From: Bdellovibrionales bacterium
Lineage (GTDB): Bacteria > Bdellovibrionota > Bdellovibrionia > Bdellovibrionales > UBA1609
Length of the DNA stretch: 64,000 bases
Assembly (NCBI GenBank): GCA_020850475.1
Contig: JADZEO010000071.1
Span: forward strand, 19,712-83,711
Direction: 5' to 3'
Shown: positions 7,806 to 16,349 of the stretch, in pieces
Numbering within the stretch: position 1 is the stretch's first letter
How the letters are laid out: each line of letters starts with the position of its first letter
The notes under the pieces: generated by a model
What the model was told of the DNA's origin: nothing
Databases searched by the model: none
Seen by the model: the letters and a program-made list of their open reading frames with translations, nothing else
Position numbers and translations under genes: made by a program

Positions 7806-9008
7806 GTAGTCCGGATTGCCGTTAAACTTAACCTTCATGACAATCGGTAAGTGATCGGAGAAGCCAGCGTCTTTGGCATTGGTGGCGTGCGGGTTACCAC
7901 GAATGGGCACTTGATTTAAAGTTGCATAAAAGTCTGGCGACCGGTCAACAAGCTTTCGCGGGTGAGTCAGCTCACTCGGGCCAACAATTCGGAAGCTGTC
8001 GTACACGACGTGCATTCCGCTCTCATCGGTTAGATTTTTACTAACAGCAAATCGGTCAAAACGCCGCCAAATATCGATTCCACCCATAAAGTAGGAGCCA
8101 GGGGGCATGCGATAACGATAGGGACTCCGGCGAATTTCTGAGTAGTCTTGCACATCGACCAAAAAGTTCTGCCAATAGGGATTGGTCAGCACATGGTGGA
8201 AGGCGTTGGGCTGCTCATTATCGGTGAGATTAAAATCCCCCAAGGTGATGACTTTATAGTTATCCTTGCCGACTTTGGTGGTCTGAGCATCGATGGCCTT
8301 GGCGAGAACCCTGGCGGTTTCGACCCGTTTGATGGGTGAAACCATTTGGGCCGGCCAATGATTAACATAGATGCCGATGACATCAAGGACGCGGCCACTT
8401 CGCGGGCGAAAGTGCACGCGCAAGATGTTGCGGCCCGGATAATTCAGCGCTCCCGTGGCGTCAATTTCTTCGTGCTCGAGGTACTCGAGTTTGTCCGTAT
8501 TATATAGGAGGGCAACATTGATCCCGCGTTCGTCAGGACTGTTGGTAATCAAAAAGTGTTGGTACCCCAATTCCTTGGCCAACTGACCAGTGATGTTCGG
8601 TCCCTCGATTTCTTGAACGGCAAGAAGATCCGGCAGAGAGCCTTGGTAGGAAATCGCCGTCTTGATTTGGCCAAGTTTGATTTTAATTTTGTCTTGAGTC
8701 CAGTCGACGGTCTCGCAGTCTTCGCGGTAGGAGGGGTTGCTGATCCGGCCGCACTCTTTTTTGAGGGGATCGTTGATGGGGAGCCAGGTCCAATCTTTCT
8801 TGCTGGTGTCGTGAACGTTATCAAAGAGGTTCAGTACGTTGTAGGTCATCACCTTGATTTCGTCGCTCGCGGCTTCGAGCCGAAAGGTGTCGGCGGCGGT
8901 TTGCGCCCAAGCGCTGGCAGTGACGACGGCGCCGGCCACAAAACTGACTGCCAATGAACGGACAAAGCCCTTAACTCGGTAGCGACGAACTCTGACGTGG
9001 ACATCCAT
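7791..9008 (-). CDS. secreted endonuclease/exonuclease/phosphatase (EEP) family protein
   Basis: MTYNVLNLFD, LLAVQEIEG, LGDFNLTD and GFSDHLPI are EEP catalytic motifs. The start is placed at the internal ATG 9008 (MDVHVRVRRYRVKGFVRSLAVSFVAGAVVTASAWA, a signal peptide). Confidence 0.75.
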   Translation of the reverse strand: MDVHVRVRRYRVKGFVRSLAVSFVAGAVVTASAWAQTAADTFRLEAASDEIKVMTYNVLNLFDNVHDTSKKDWTWLPINDPLKKECGRISNPSYREDCETVDWTQDKIKIKLGQIKTAISYQGSLPDLLAVQEIEGPNITGQLAKELGYQHFLITNSPDERGINVALLYNTDKLEYLEHEEIDATGALNYPGRNILRVHFRPRSGRVLDVIGIYVNHWPAQMVSPIKRVETARVLAKAIDAQTTKVGKDNYKVITLGDFNLTDNEQPNAFHHVLTNPYWQNFLVDVQDYSEIRRSPYRYRMPPGSYFMGGIDIWRRFDRFAVSKNLTDESGMHVVYDSFRIVGPSELTHPRKLVDRSPDFYATLNQVPIRGNPHATNAKDAGFSDHLPIVMKVKFNGNPDYKKPK

Positions 9009-9168
9009 TTCCCACCCCCCATAATGTTTGATTGCCCTAACGCTAGTAGTTTTTCGGAGGTCCAGTCCAATATATTGTGGTTGTCCCAACAATAATCTGA
9101 CAATTGTGGCATGGTTGCGTCAGGCGCTGCCCAAACATCGGGCAAAAACAGTGCGTCGAACCTGACCG

Positions 9169-9951
9169 TTAAAGATTTTTTTTGTGCGACTTCGGGCGTT
9201 CTTTTTTGACTTTCTTTTCGAAAATCTTGCGCAGCTCTTGAGGTCCCAAGAGCACATGCTCGCCGCGCGGGAGGTTGGCCAACCGGAGTTGCCCAATGGC
9301 CACGCGCTGGAGCTTCTTCACGTCAAAGCCGATCTTTTGGAACATCTGCCGCACTTGGCGATTTTTTCCTTCGGTAATGGCAATGCGAATCCAATCATAT
9401 TGGTCGCTGCCTTTGCCCCTTAAGCGGATGGCCTCGAGAGCGCGCACCCGTCCGCCGATGATGGACACACCGGTGATTAGGCGTCGCAACTGTTCGGGTG
9501 TCGGCTTGCCGTCCACTTTGGCTAAATAGACCTTCGCGATTTCTTCCTTAGGATGATTCACCCGTTGAGCGAATTCACCATCATTAGTTAGTAACAAAAG
9601 CCCTTCGGTGTCCCAATCCAATCGACCAACCGGAAAAATCCGCAAAGGCAGACGTTTAAAAAAATCCGCTACCGTCGGGCGACCCTGCGGATCACTCATC
9701 GAAGTGAGCACGTGCTTGGGCTTGTGAAACATGATGTAGACTTTTTGGGCCTCGGGGCGGGTCAATCTGCCGCTGACGGTGACTTGATCCTGGTTGGGAT
9801 CGATCCTCACACCCAGTTCGTAAACCACCTTGCCGTTAACTTTAACGGAGCCGGAATCAATCAACTCGTCGGCCTTGCGGCGGCTGGCAATACCACACAT
9901 CGCAAGATATTTATTTAATCGAACTAGGGCAGAGGGTGAAGATTTTGACAT
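9169..9951 (-). CDS. rluB: 23S rRNA pseudouridine synthase, RluB/RsuA family (S4 domain)
   Basis: S4 domain RLNKYLAMCGIASRRKADELI. Catalytic motif GRLDWDTEGLLLLTNDG. Lys-rich C-terminus. Confidence 0.85.
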   Translation of the reverse strand: MSKSSPSALVRLNKYLAMCGIASRRKADELIDSGSVKVNGKVVYELGVRIDPNQDQVTVSGRLTRPEAQKVYIMFHKPKHVLTSMSDPQGRPTVADFFKRLPLRIFPVGRLDWDTEGLLLLTNDGEFAQRVNHPKEEIAKVYLAKVDGKPTPEQLRRLITGVSIIGGRVRALEAIRLRGKGSDQYDWIRIAITEGKNRQVRQMFQKIGFDVKKLQRVAIGQLRLANLPRGEHVLLGPQELRKIFEKKVKKERPKSHKKNL

Positions 9952-10913
9952 GACTCTTCTGGTTTGCTTGCTGGCGCCGACCGTTGCGGTTGACCATCGG
10001 TTATTCGGTATTCCAGATTGGTTACCAGAAGGGTGAGGAGCTTGTCATTGGGAAAAATGTTCTTAATGGCGAGCTGGCCCTTTTGGAGAGCCACTTCCAC
10101 CAGTCGAGTGGCCTCGGGATGGTGGCTTCCAGCCATGGCATTGGCCTTTTCGAGCATGGTGATGAGCTCTTGGTAGAGGGGATCAGAGTTGAGGTCGATA
10201 AAATGTCGCTCCAGTCGTTTCAGCGAGTAATAGAGCTCGGGGTACTGATTGACCGGGCGACCCATAAAGGCCTCCGTCTTTTGAAAGGTATGACCCTGCA
10301 AAAGGAGCCCGTGACAAGTGCCGTCGGCGACCTGAAACCGTGCCCATTTGAGATGAGAGGTCTGCAGCAACTGCGGAACCCCGGGAAGCAAATCAAGAGT
10401 CGAATTGTAGCGAAGGCGAGTTAAGGGGGAAAGGGGCTTGAGCAGTCGGCCGTCGATGCGAACTCGATTGGAGTACACGGCAACATCGATGCCGCTGGCA
10501 GCAGTGACTTGGATCTGCAAAATTTGCTGTCCACTTAAGGCAACGTATTTACTCTTGTCGGGATCAGCATTGGAATTGGATTCCTTGAGCACTTGATAAA
10601 AATCATGGCCATTGAGTAACTCGATGGTTTGCCAAGTGTTCACATGACGCAGATCTTTTAAATCGAAATTGAGTGGGTGCGAATGGGCAAAGGCAATCAA
10701 ATCGGCTTGGACACTTTCGCCTAATTCTCGGTGAGCGGTTTGCCAGTAGGGAACTTGCATGGCGTGTTCGTAAAACTGCTCAATCATTCGCAGTTCAAAC
10801 TCGCTCTCGAGATCCATGAGGTTTTTAACCCAATGATAGAAGGCGAGGCGCGCCACTGAGTTTTGCGGGTTCAATTTTAATAGAAACTGAGCTAATTGAG
10901 TGACAGACGACAT
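9924..10913 (-). CDS. hypothetical protein (329 aa)
   Basis: Long ORF whose 3' end overlaps the rluB start by 28 nt (same strand). No motif recognised. Confidence 0.55.
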   Translation of the reverse strand: MSSVTQLAQFLLKLNPQNSVARLAFYHWVKNLMDLESEFELRMIEQFYEHAMQVPYWQTAHRELGESVQADLIAFAHSHPLNFDLKDLRHVNTWQTIELLNGHDFYQVLKESNSNADPDKSKYVALSGQQILQIQVTAASGIDVAVYSNRVRIDGRLLKPLSPLTRLRYNSTLDLLPGVPQLLQTSHLKWARFQVADGTCHGLLLQGHTFQKTEAFMGRPVNQYPELYYSLKRLERHFIDLNSDPLYQELITMLEKANAMAGSHHPEATRLVEVALQKGQLAIKNIFPNDKLLTLLVTNLEYRITDGQPQRSAPASKPEESCQNLHPLP

Positions 10914-10978
10914 AACTCAACGATAGATTTAGTTCAACGCAGGAGTCCAGAGAAAAGTGGCTCAAAAAGGGGTGAGAG

Positions 10979-11506
10979 ATGTCCCGCGAGTTAAATAAGG
11001 AGCTTTTTCCCGATTTGCAGCTTCAACATAAGCCCTCTACCCAACCGCGCCGGGAGCGCGAAAGCGGCGTTGATACAATTGCTCCCATTGATCAAGAAGA
11101 TTGGCAGCTACTCGTCGCTAAAGTTGATCTGCTGAAGAGACAAGTGAAGGAACTTGAGAATCGTCAGCAGACCTTCGAGTCTCGGGTCAGTGAATGGACG
11201 GCGGCAGTCAAGGCCCGTTTCGAGAGATTCAATAGCGCAGGCTCGCGAATGGAAGATTTCTTAAAGAATACCATCCAAGAGATCAACGAGCGTTTTGCCA
11301 ATTTGACCAGTCGTGTTTCTGAACGTCGCCTTCAAGAAACTAAAATCGAAGAGATGATGTCGCGCCACAATCAAGTCTTACAGGGATATGAAGTACGGCT
11401 GGCGCAATTTCAGAAGCTGCTGCACGAGCAAGAAATCCAACTCCTTGGGACCAAAGCTGAGCTCGAAGAAGCTCGTCGCTTGAAAAAGGTGCCTGCTACT
11501 TTTTAG
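10979..11506 (+). CDS. coiled-coil protein (175 aa)
   Basis: Heptad-rich, Glu/Lys/Gln-rich sequence. The last 10 codons lie inside the left arm of the 36-bp inverted repeat. Confidence 0.55.
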   Translation: MSRELNKELFPDLQLQHKPSTQPRRERESGVDTIAPIDQEDWQLLVAKVDLLKRQVKELENRQQTFESRVSEWTAAVKARFERFNSAGSRMEDFLKNTIQEINERFANLTSRVSERRLQETKIEEMMSRHNQVLQGYEVRLAQFQKLLHEQEIQLLGTKAELEEARRLKKVPATF

Positions 11507-11599
11507 TAGAAACGAAGCATAATATTCGGATCTTCTCTCTTGAGTTCCCCCTATTTTGCTTCCTTTCTACTAAAAAGTAGCAGGCACCTTTTTCAAGCG
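11477..11599. repeat. perfect 36-bp inverted repeat (arms 11477..11512 and 11564..11599, 51-nt spacer)
   Basis: The left arm cgcttgaaaaaggtgcctgctactttttagtagaaa is the exact reverse complement of 11564..11599. I checked this base by base; the flanking bases on both sides do not pair. Confidence 0.95.
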
Positions 11600-13375
11600 G
11601 GCGACGAAGTCCGGCGCGGACTCAAAGCCGGTGAGAGTGAGATCGGAGCGCCATTCTTTACCATCGAAAAAGACGATTGTTGGTAATCCTAAAATCTTGA
11701 ACTTTTCTTGAAGTTGAGTGAACTCAGGCGTGCTTTGGGTGGCGTCGAAACGAAGTTTGAGGAAGCGCTGGGACTCGGCCACGACACTCGGTTCAGGAAA
11801 GGTTTTGACCTCAAGCTCTTTACAGGCGGCGCACCAATCGGCGTAGAAATCAATTATGACGGGGCGGCCATCGCGAGTCGCCGCCTCAAGTTTTCGCGCC
11901 TCGTAGGTCTCCCAGCCCTCGGGGAGTTGATGAGAGAGGCCTGGTTCACCGCCAGGTGACCCCAGAAAACCAGGAAATCCGGCTCGCAATAAAAAGACGG
12001 CGCCAATAAACACCACGCCAATGAGAAAGCCTTTGATCACACTGGTCTTCATGGTCAGGCGAGAAATCGGGAAAAAGGCACCGTGAAAGACGCCAATTGC
12101 GATCAAGGCGACGCCGAGTAAGGCATCGAAGACTCGGGTGCTGGTGACGGGTCGCAGGTAATAAAGAGCGAGGCCGACCATCGCCGAACCAAATACGAAC
12201 TTGGTCATGTTCATCCATGCGCCGGCCTTGGGAATTTTTTTGAGCAAATGAGACGAGGCACCAAGTACCAAGAACAATTGACCCATTCCCAATGCAAAGG
12301 TGAAGAGCAGGGCAAAGCCGAGAAAGGGATTTTGGCTTTGGGCGACGTAAGCCAGAACACTGATCAGCACCGGTCCCACGCAGGGGCTGGCGACAATTCC
12401 CGCAACCAAGCCTGAGATCAGGGCGCCGAGCGAGCGGCTTTTCGACTGGTGTGTGGCCAAACGGTTGCGAATAAAGGCCGGGGCTTGAATTTCAAACAAG
12501 CCAAACATACTCAACGCCATGACAGTGAAGAGGACGGCAAATCCCACAGCCACGGCGGGGTGACCCAGCAGTGAACCAAAAAGTGATCCGGTGAGGGCGG
12601 CCGCAACCCCAAGGAACGAGTAGGTGAGGGCGATTCCAAAAACATAAATAACTGAAACGCGAAAATTCTGCCAGCGACTGTGGTGAGTCCCGGTCGCACC
12701 AATCACGGCGAGAGTAATTGGTATCATCGGAAAAATGCAGGGAGTGAAGGAGGTCAGCACGCCGCCGATAAACACCATCAAAAAGACAAACAACCACCCT
12801 TTGGCTTTGGCTTGAGCCAACAGGCTGTCTTCGGTGGAAGGAGCCGTAGTGCCGATACTTGCCCCACTCTTGGCAACTGTGAACTCAAGCGGCACTTGGA
12901 TTCGCTTGGGGAGTAGACAATACTCCTTCGTGCAAGCTTGAAAAGTAATTTGCAAAACGCCCTTCACCGGACCGTGGGGAAATTCGGGTGGCACGTTAAG
13001 GACAGTGTTCATTTGCGAGACGCCCTTCACGCCTTGTTTCATTTTCTTGGTAAAGACATCTTCAAATTCAACAATCGGCGAGAGCTCAAACTTGCCAATT
13101 TGCAGGCCCACAGGTGACAGTAATTCGAGCTTAAAACGATCCAAGTAAGCGTGAAACTCGGGGGCCAATTCCAGATTAATGCGCAGAGCGCTGTTGGCTC
13201 CTTGAGGAAGGGGATCAATCTGTAAATAGGCCGACGCTTTAAGCGGATTGTTATTTACCACACCATCTTGCGCTGCTGCGACGAGCGCAATCATCGTGGC
13301 TAGAACCAGCGCCGTCCCACGAGCGATTCGTGTTACATAACGATTCAAAAACAAAGTTCCTGCGGATGGGATCAT
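11570..13375 (-). CDS. dsbD: thiol:disulfide interchange protein DsbD (CcdA-type membrane core plus C-terminal thioredoxin domain)
   Basis: N-terminal periplasmic domain, multi-TM core (FTPCIFPMIPIT...ASPCVGPVL) and C-terminal thioredoxin fold with WCAACK. Confidence 0.88.
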   Translation of the reverse strand: MIPSAGTLFLNRYVTRIARGTALVLATMIALVAAAQDGVVNNNPLKASAYLQIDPLPQGANSALRINLELAPEFHAYLDRFKLELLSPVGLQIGKFELSPIVEFEDVFTKKMKQGVKGVSQMNTVLNVPPEFPHGPVKGVLQITFQACTKEYCLLPKRIQVPLEFTVAKSGASIGTTAPSTEDSLLAQAKAKGWLFVFLMVFIGGVLTSFTPCIFPMIPITLAVIGATGTHHSRWQNFRVSVIYVFGIALTYSFLGVAAALTGSLFGSLLGHPAVAVGFAVLFTVMALSMFGLFEIQAPAFIRNRLATHQSKSRSLGALISGLVAGIVASPCVGPVLISVLAYVAQSQNPFLGFALLFTFALGMGQLFLVLGASSHLLKKIPKAGAWMNMTKFVFGSAMVGLALYYLRPVTSTRVFDALLGVALIAIGVFHGAFFPISRLTMKTSVIKGFLIGVVFIGAVFLLRAGFPGFLGSPGGEPGLSHQLPEGWETYEARKLEAATRDGRPVIIDFYADWCAACKELEVKTFPEPSVVAESQRFLKLRFDATQSTPEFTQLQEKFKILGLPTIVFFDGKEWRSDLTLTGFESAPDFVARLKKVPATF

Positions 13376-13590
13376 AAAGGTCTAACGTCAGGTGCTGACA
13401 AAAGTTTAGTTAACACGCTCAGTATACCCGATAGTCTCGACCATGGTCGAGTAAAACTCGGCGAAAGACGAAAACCTCCGTAATTAACCGCCCGATTCCT
13501 CTCGACCAAGGTCCCGATTCGGTCACTGGGTTGCAAAATCGCCTCAATCTGGAAACCAACTGATCCGACATATAGAAGAGAGGAACAACT

Positions 13591-14451
13591 ATGGGATTTG
13601 TTGGCGCTCTAGTAGTGATAGTGTGTGTATTCGGCGGTTTCTTGGCGGCTGGCGGACACTTGCACGTCGTGTGGCAACCGTTCGAGGTGGTCATTATTTT
13701 CGGTGCGGCTTTGGGTGGTTTTTTGATTGCGAATCCCATCGGTACCGTCAAGATGGCGATTAACAAGTCCATCCACGCCATGCTGGGCAAGGGCCCATCG
13801 AAAAAAGATTACCTTGAGCTTTTGCAGCTGATGTTTCAGTTGTTTCAGATTTTTCGTAAAGATGGTCCTCAAGCGGTTGAAAAGCACATCGAAGAACCCA
13901 ACAGCAGTGAAATTTTTAAGGCCTATCCGGGCTTTCTAAAAAACCATCATGCGGTTGATTTTTTGTGCGACACCATGAAGATCACCCTGTCAGCCGACCT
14001 AACTCAATATGATGTGGACGATCTCCTCGATCAGGACATCAAGGTGGCACACACCGAAGAGCATGCCGCAGCCCACGCGGTCCAATCGGTAGCTGACGCT
14101 CTTCCGGGACTGGGCATCGTGGCCGCGGTTTTGGGAATTGTGCACACCATGGATTATTTGGATCAAGGGGTTCAGACCATTGGTAACTTGGTCGCGGCCG
14201 CTCTCGTGGGAACCTTTTTGGGAGTTTTGTTTTGTTACGGATTCTTTGGTCCGATTGCGACCAAAATGGGCAACGACATCGAGGCCGAGGGACGGTACTT
14301 GTCGGTGATCAAAGCGGCCCTTGTGGCTTTGCAGCGGGGAGCACCTCCGCTGGTGTGTGTGGAGTTTGCTCGCCGGAGCGTTTTTCCAGCTGAGCGTCCC
14401 TCGTTTGATGAGATGGACACGGCAACCAAGGAAGCTAAAAAAGCCGCCTAG
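13591..14451 (+). CDS. motA: flagellar motor stator protein MotA
   Basis: 286 aa with four TM segments. Matches the MotA pattern (GFLAAGGHL...FEVVIIFGAALGGFLIANP...LGIVAAVLGIVHTM...AALVGTFLGVLFCYGF). Confidence 0.88.
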   Translation: MGFVGALVVIVCVFGGFLAAGGHLHVVWQPFEVVIIFGAALGGFLIANPIGTVKMAINKSIHAMLGKGPSKKDYLELLQLMFQLFQIFRKDGPQAVEKHIEEPNSSEIFKAYPGFLKNHHAVDFLCDTMKITLSADLTQYDVDDLLDQDIKVAHTEEHAAAHAVQSVADALPGLGIVAAVLGIVHTMDYLDQGVQTIGNLVAAALVGTFLGVLFCYGFFGPIATKMGNDIEAEGRYLSVIKAALVALQRGAPPLVCVEFARRSVFPAERPSFDEMDTATKEAKKAA

Positions 14452-14478
14452 TGAATTGAGTTTTGAAGGAGTTGGACT

Positions 14479-15414
14479 GTGGCTGAAAAGCAGCCCATCA
14501 TTGTAATCAAGAAGATCAACGTTCAGGCCGCGGGGGCCCACGGTGGATCCTGGAAGGTGGCGTTTGCCGACTTCATGACTTCAATGATGGCGTTTTTTTT
14601 GGTGATGTGGCTGATCAGTCAGTCCGAGCAGGTCAAAAAGAACATTGCTGATCACTTTTCCACTCCCAGTATCATCGAGTACAATTTTGCCAACTACGGG
14701 GTTGAGTTAACTCTAGAAAAGCTCTTTCTGGATCTCGTCAACGAGCCGCTTAAGTTCTTTCAGGCCTTTGTTACCCCAACGGACTTTACTCCTAATATTA
14801 TGGGCTTTGGCTCCAAAAAGGTGGTTCTGCATCACCTTGCGGATCAATTAGGGGATCTCGCTCAGAATGTCGAAGTCAACGGCGACGAAGTTTTTTTTGA
14901 AATTGCCGCCGATCAATTATTTGCCTATGGAACCAGCGAGCCCGCCGGTAGCTTTGTGGATGTCATGGAGAAGATGAAGACCTTGACCTCGGGCCTAGAG
15001 GACTCGAATGTTTACGTCGATGCGATGATCTTTGATAAGACCGTGCCAAGTCGGGACAAGGTGAAGGCAAAATTGGTGGCAGAGGCGAGGGTCGATTTGA
15101 TCTCTCAGAAGATTCAATCTGCTTTGGAGCACCCATCGGTTGACGTTTTTGGTAAGGCCCTGGTGAAGGCTGCTGGTGACTTGCCGACCGGGGAACGCGC
15201 CGGCAACGGCACGGTTCGGTTTAAAATTAAGCAGAAGGATTTGACTCAAGGTGGCCGTAAACCACGCCAATTGGACGATCTCTATGGTAAGGCCGACGAA
15301 GGGAAATCTCCCTATGAGAATTTTGTTAATCAACTGACCCAGAAGAAAAAGGACCGCAAGGACGACGGTGACCCCCGTCAGCGCCGCCGCACCCGCGCCT
15401 CTCCGCACGAGTGA
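14479..15414 (+). CDS. motB: flagellar motor stator protein MotB (divergent C-terminal domain, charged tail)
   Basis: GTG start. GGSWKVAFADFMTSMMAFFLVMWL is the MotB TM segment with the conserved Asp. Lies directly after motA. Confidence 0.75.
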   Translation: MAEKQPIIVIKKINVQAAGAHGGSWKVAFADFMTSMMAFFLVMWLISQSEQVKKNIADHFSTPSIIEYNFANYGVELTLEKLFLDLVNEPLKFFQAFVTPTDFTPNIMGFGSKKVVLHHLADQLGDLAQNVEVNGDEVFFEIAADQLFAYGTSEPAGSFVDVMEKMKTLTSGLEDSNVYVDAMIFDKTVPSRDKVKAKLVAEARVDLISQKIQSALEHPSVDVFGKALVKAAGDLPTGERAGNGTVRFKIKQKDLTQGGRKPRQLDDLYGKADEGKSPYENFVNQLTQKKKDRKDDGDPRQRRRTRASPHE

Positions 15415-15499
15415 GCCGGGACCAGTGCCGATTTATTACATCGGTGATTAAGTCCAAAAAGTCGTTGTCATCACTGCAAAAAGCACCTAAATCGTTCCC

Positions 15500-16345
15500 A
15501 TGGATTTGAGTACGGTTTGGCCTGATGCCACCTTTGCGGTGATCGACATCGAAACGACGGGGAAGTACCCGCTCGAGGCCGAGATCTGTGAACTGGCGGC
15601 CCTCAAATGGCAGAACGGCAAAGAAATCGGTCGCTATCAGACTCTCATCAAACCCGTTCAAACAATGAACGAAGCGGTCATTAAAATTCACAATATCACA
15701 AACGAGATGGTGGCGGATGCCCCCCGCATCGGCGAGAAGATCGGGGAGTTTCATGCTTTCTTAGGTGATGCTGTTCCGGTTGCCCATCATGCGCCCTTTG
15801 ACATGGGATTTTTGGCTATCGAGTTTGAGGCTCAACGTTTGCCCCTTCCGACGACGCCCACCTTATGTACCAGCTTGCTATCGCGAGCTGTGATAGCCGA
15901 AAGCCCCAATCATCGGATGGCGACACTGGTGCAATTCTTGGGGATTGAAGGTGGGCAAGCTCATCGGGCGATGGACGACACCGTGGCGTGTTTGCAACTG
16001 ATGCTCAAGTGTTTGGAGCGTGTTGGCCCGACTAAAACGATCTCTGAGGTAATTTCCATTCAAGGCGTAGTTCTCAATTGGCGTGATTACTCGATTGCCA
16101 ACTTACGGGCGAATCGGGTGATGGCTGAGATCATTCAGGCGCTGCGGGAAAAACAGCCGGTGGAAATTGTCTATCAAGGAGGATCTCGTCCCGGCAAACC
16201 TCGGACCGTTTTGCCACTCGGTATAGTCCGTAATCCCGCTGGTGATTTCTTGGTTGCGCGTGAGGAGTCCGATAACTCTCAACGCTCATTGGACGAAGTG
16301 CCCAAGCGTTACTTCCTTAACAAAATATCAAACGCTCGCCGTTAA
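15500..16345 (+). CDS. DnaQ/DEDDh-family 3'-5' exonuclease with C-terminal WYL-like domain
   Basis: Exo I FAVIDIETTG, Exo II VAHHAPFDMGFL, Exo III HRAMDDTVA. The C-terminal ~90 aa (VEIVYQGGSRPGKPRTVLPLGIVRNPAGDFLVARE...KRYFLNKISNA) resembles a WYL domain by eye. Confidence 0.78.
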   Translation: MDLSTVWPDATFAVIDIETTGKYPLEAEICELAALKWQNGKEIGRYQTLIKPVQTMNEAVIKIHNITNEMVADAPRIGEKIGEFHAFLGDAVPVAHHAPFDMGFLAIEFEAQRLPLPTTPTLCTSLLSRAVIAESPNHRMATLVQFLGIEGGQAHRAMDDTVACLQLMLKCLERVGPTKTISEVISIQGVVLNWRDYSIANLRANRVMAEIIQALREKQPVEIVYQGGSRPGKPRTVLPLGIVRNPAGDFLVAREESDNSQRSLDEVPKRYFLNKISNARR

Positions 16346-16349
16346 TCAG

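Noticed and set aside
13401-13434. Possible sigma28 (FliA) promoter upstream of motA: AAAGTTT ... CCCGATAG
   Set aside because: The spacing between the two elements is about 19 nt, against the roughly 11 nt of the TAAAGTTT-N11-GCCGATAA consensus I recall. That makes it a poor match.
13419-13790. 123-aa minus-strand ORF spanning the motA upstream region and start
   Set aside because: It overlaps the well-supported motA start and has no motifs. It is probably spurious.
14479-15414. MotB initially seemed to lack an OmpA-like peptidoglycan-binding domain
   Set aside because: On re-reading, a divergent version is plausible (VYVDAMIFDKTVP..., KLVAEARVDLI..., NGTVRFKI aligning loosely to GHTD, LSxxRA and NRRV). 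I cannot claim absence without a profile search.
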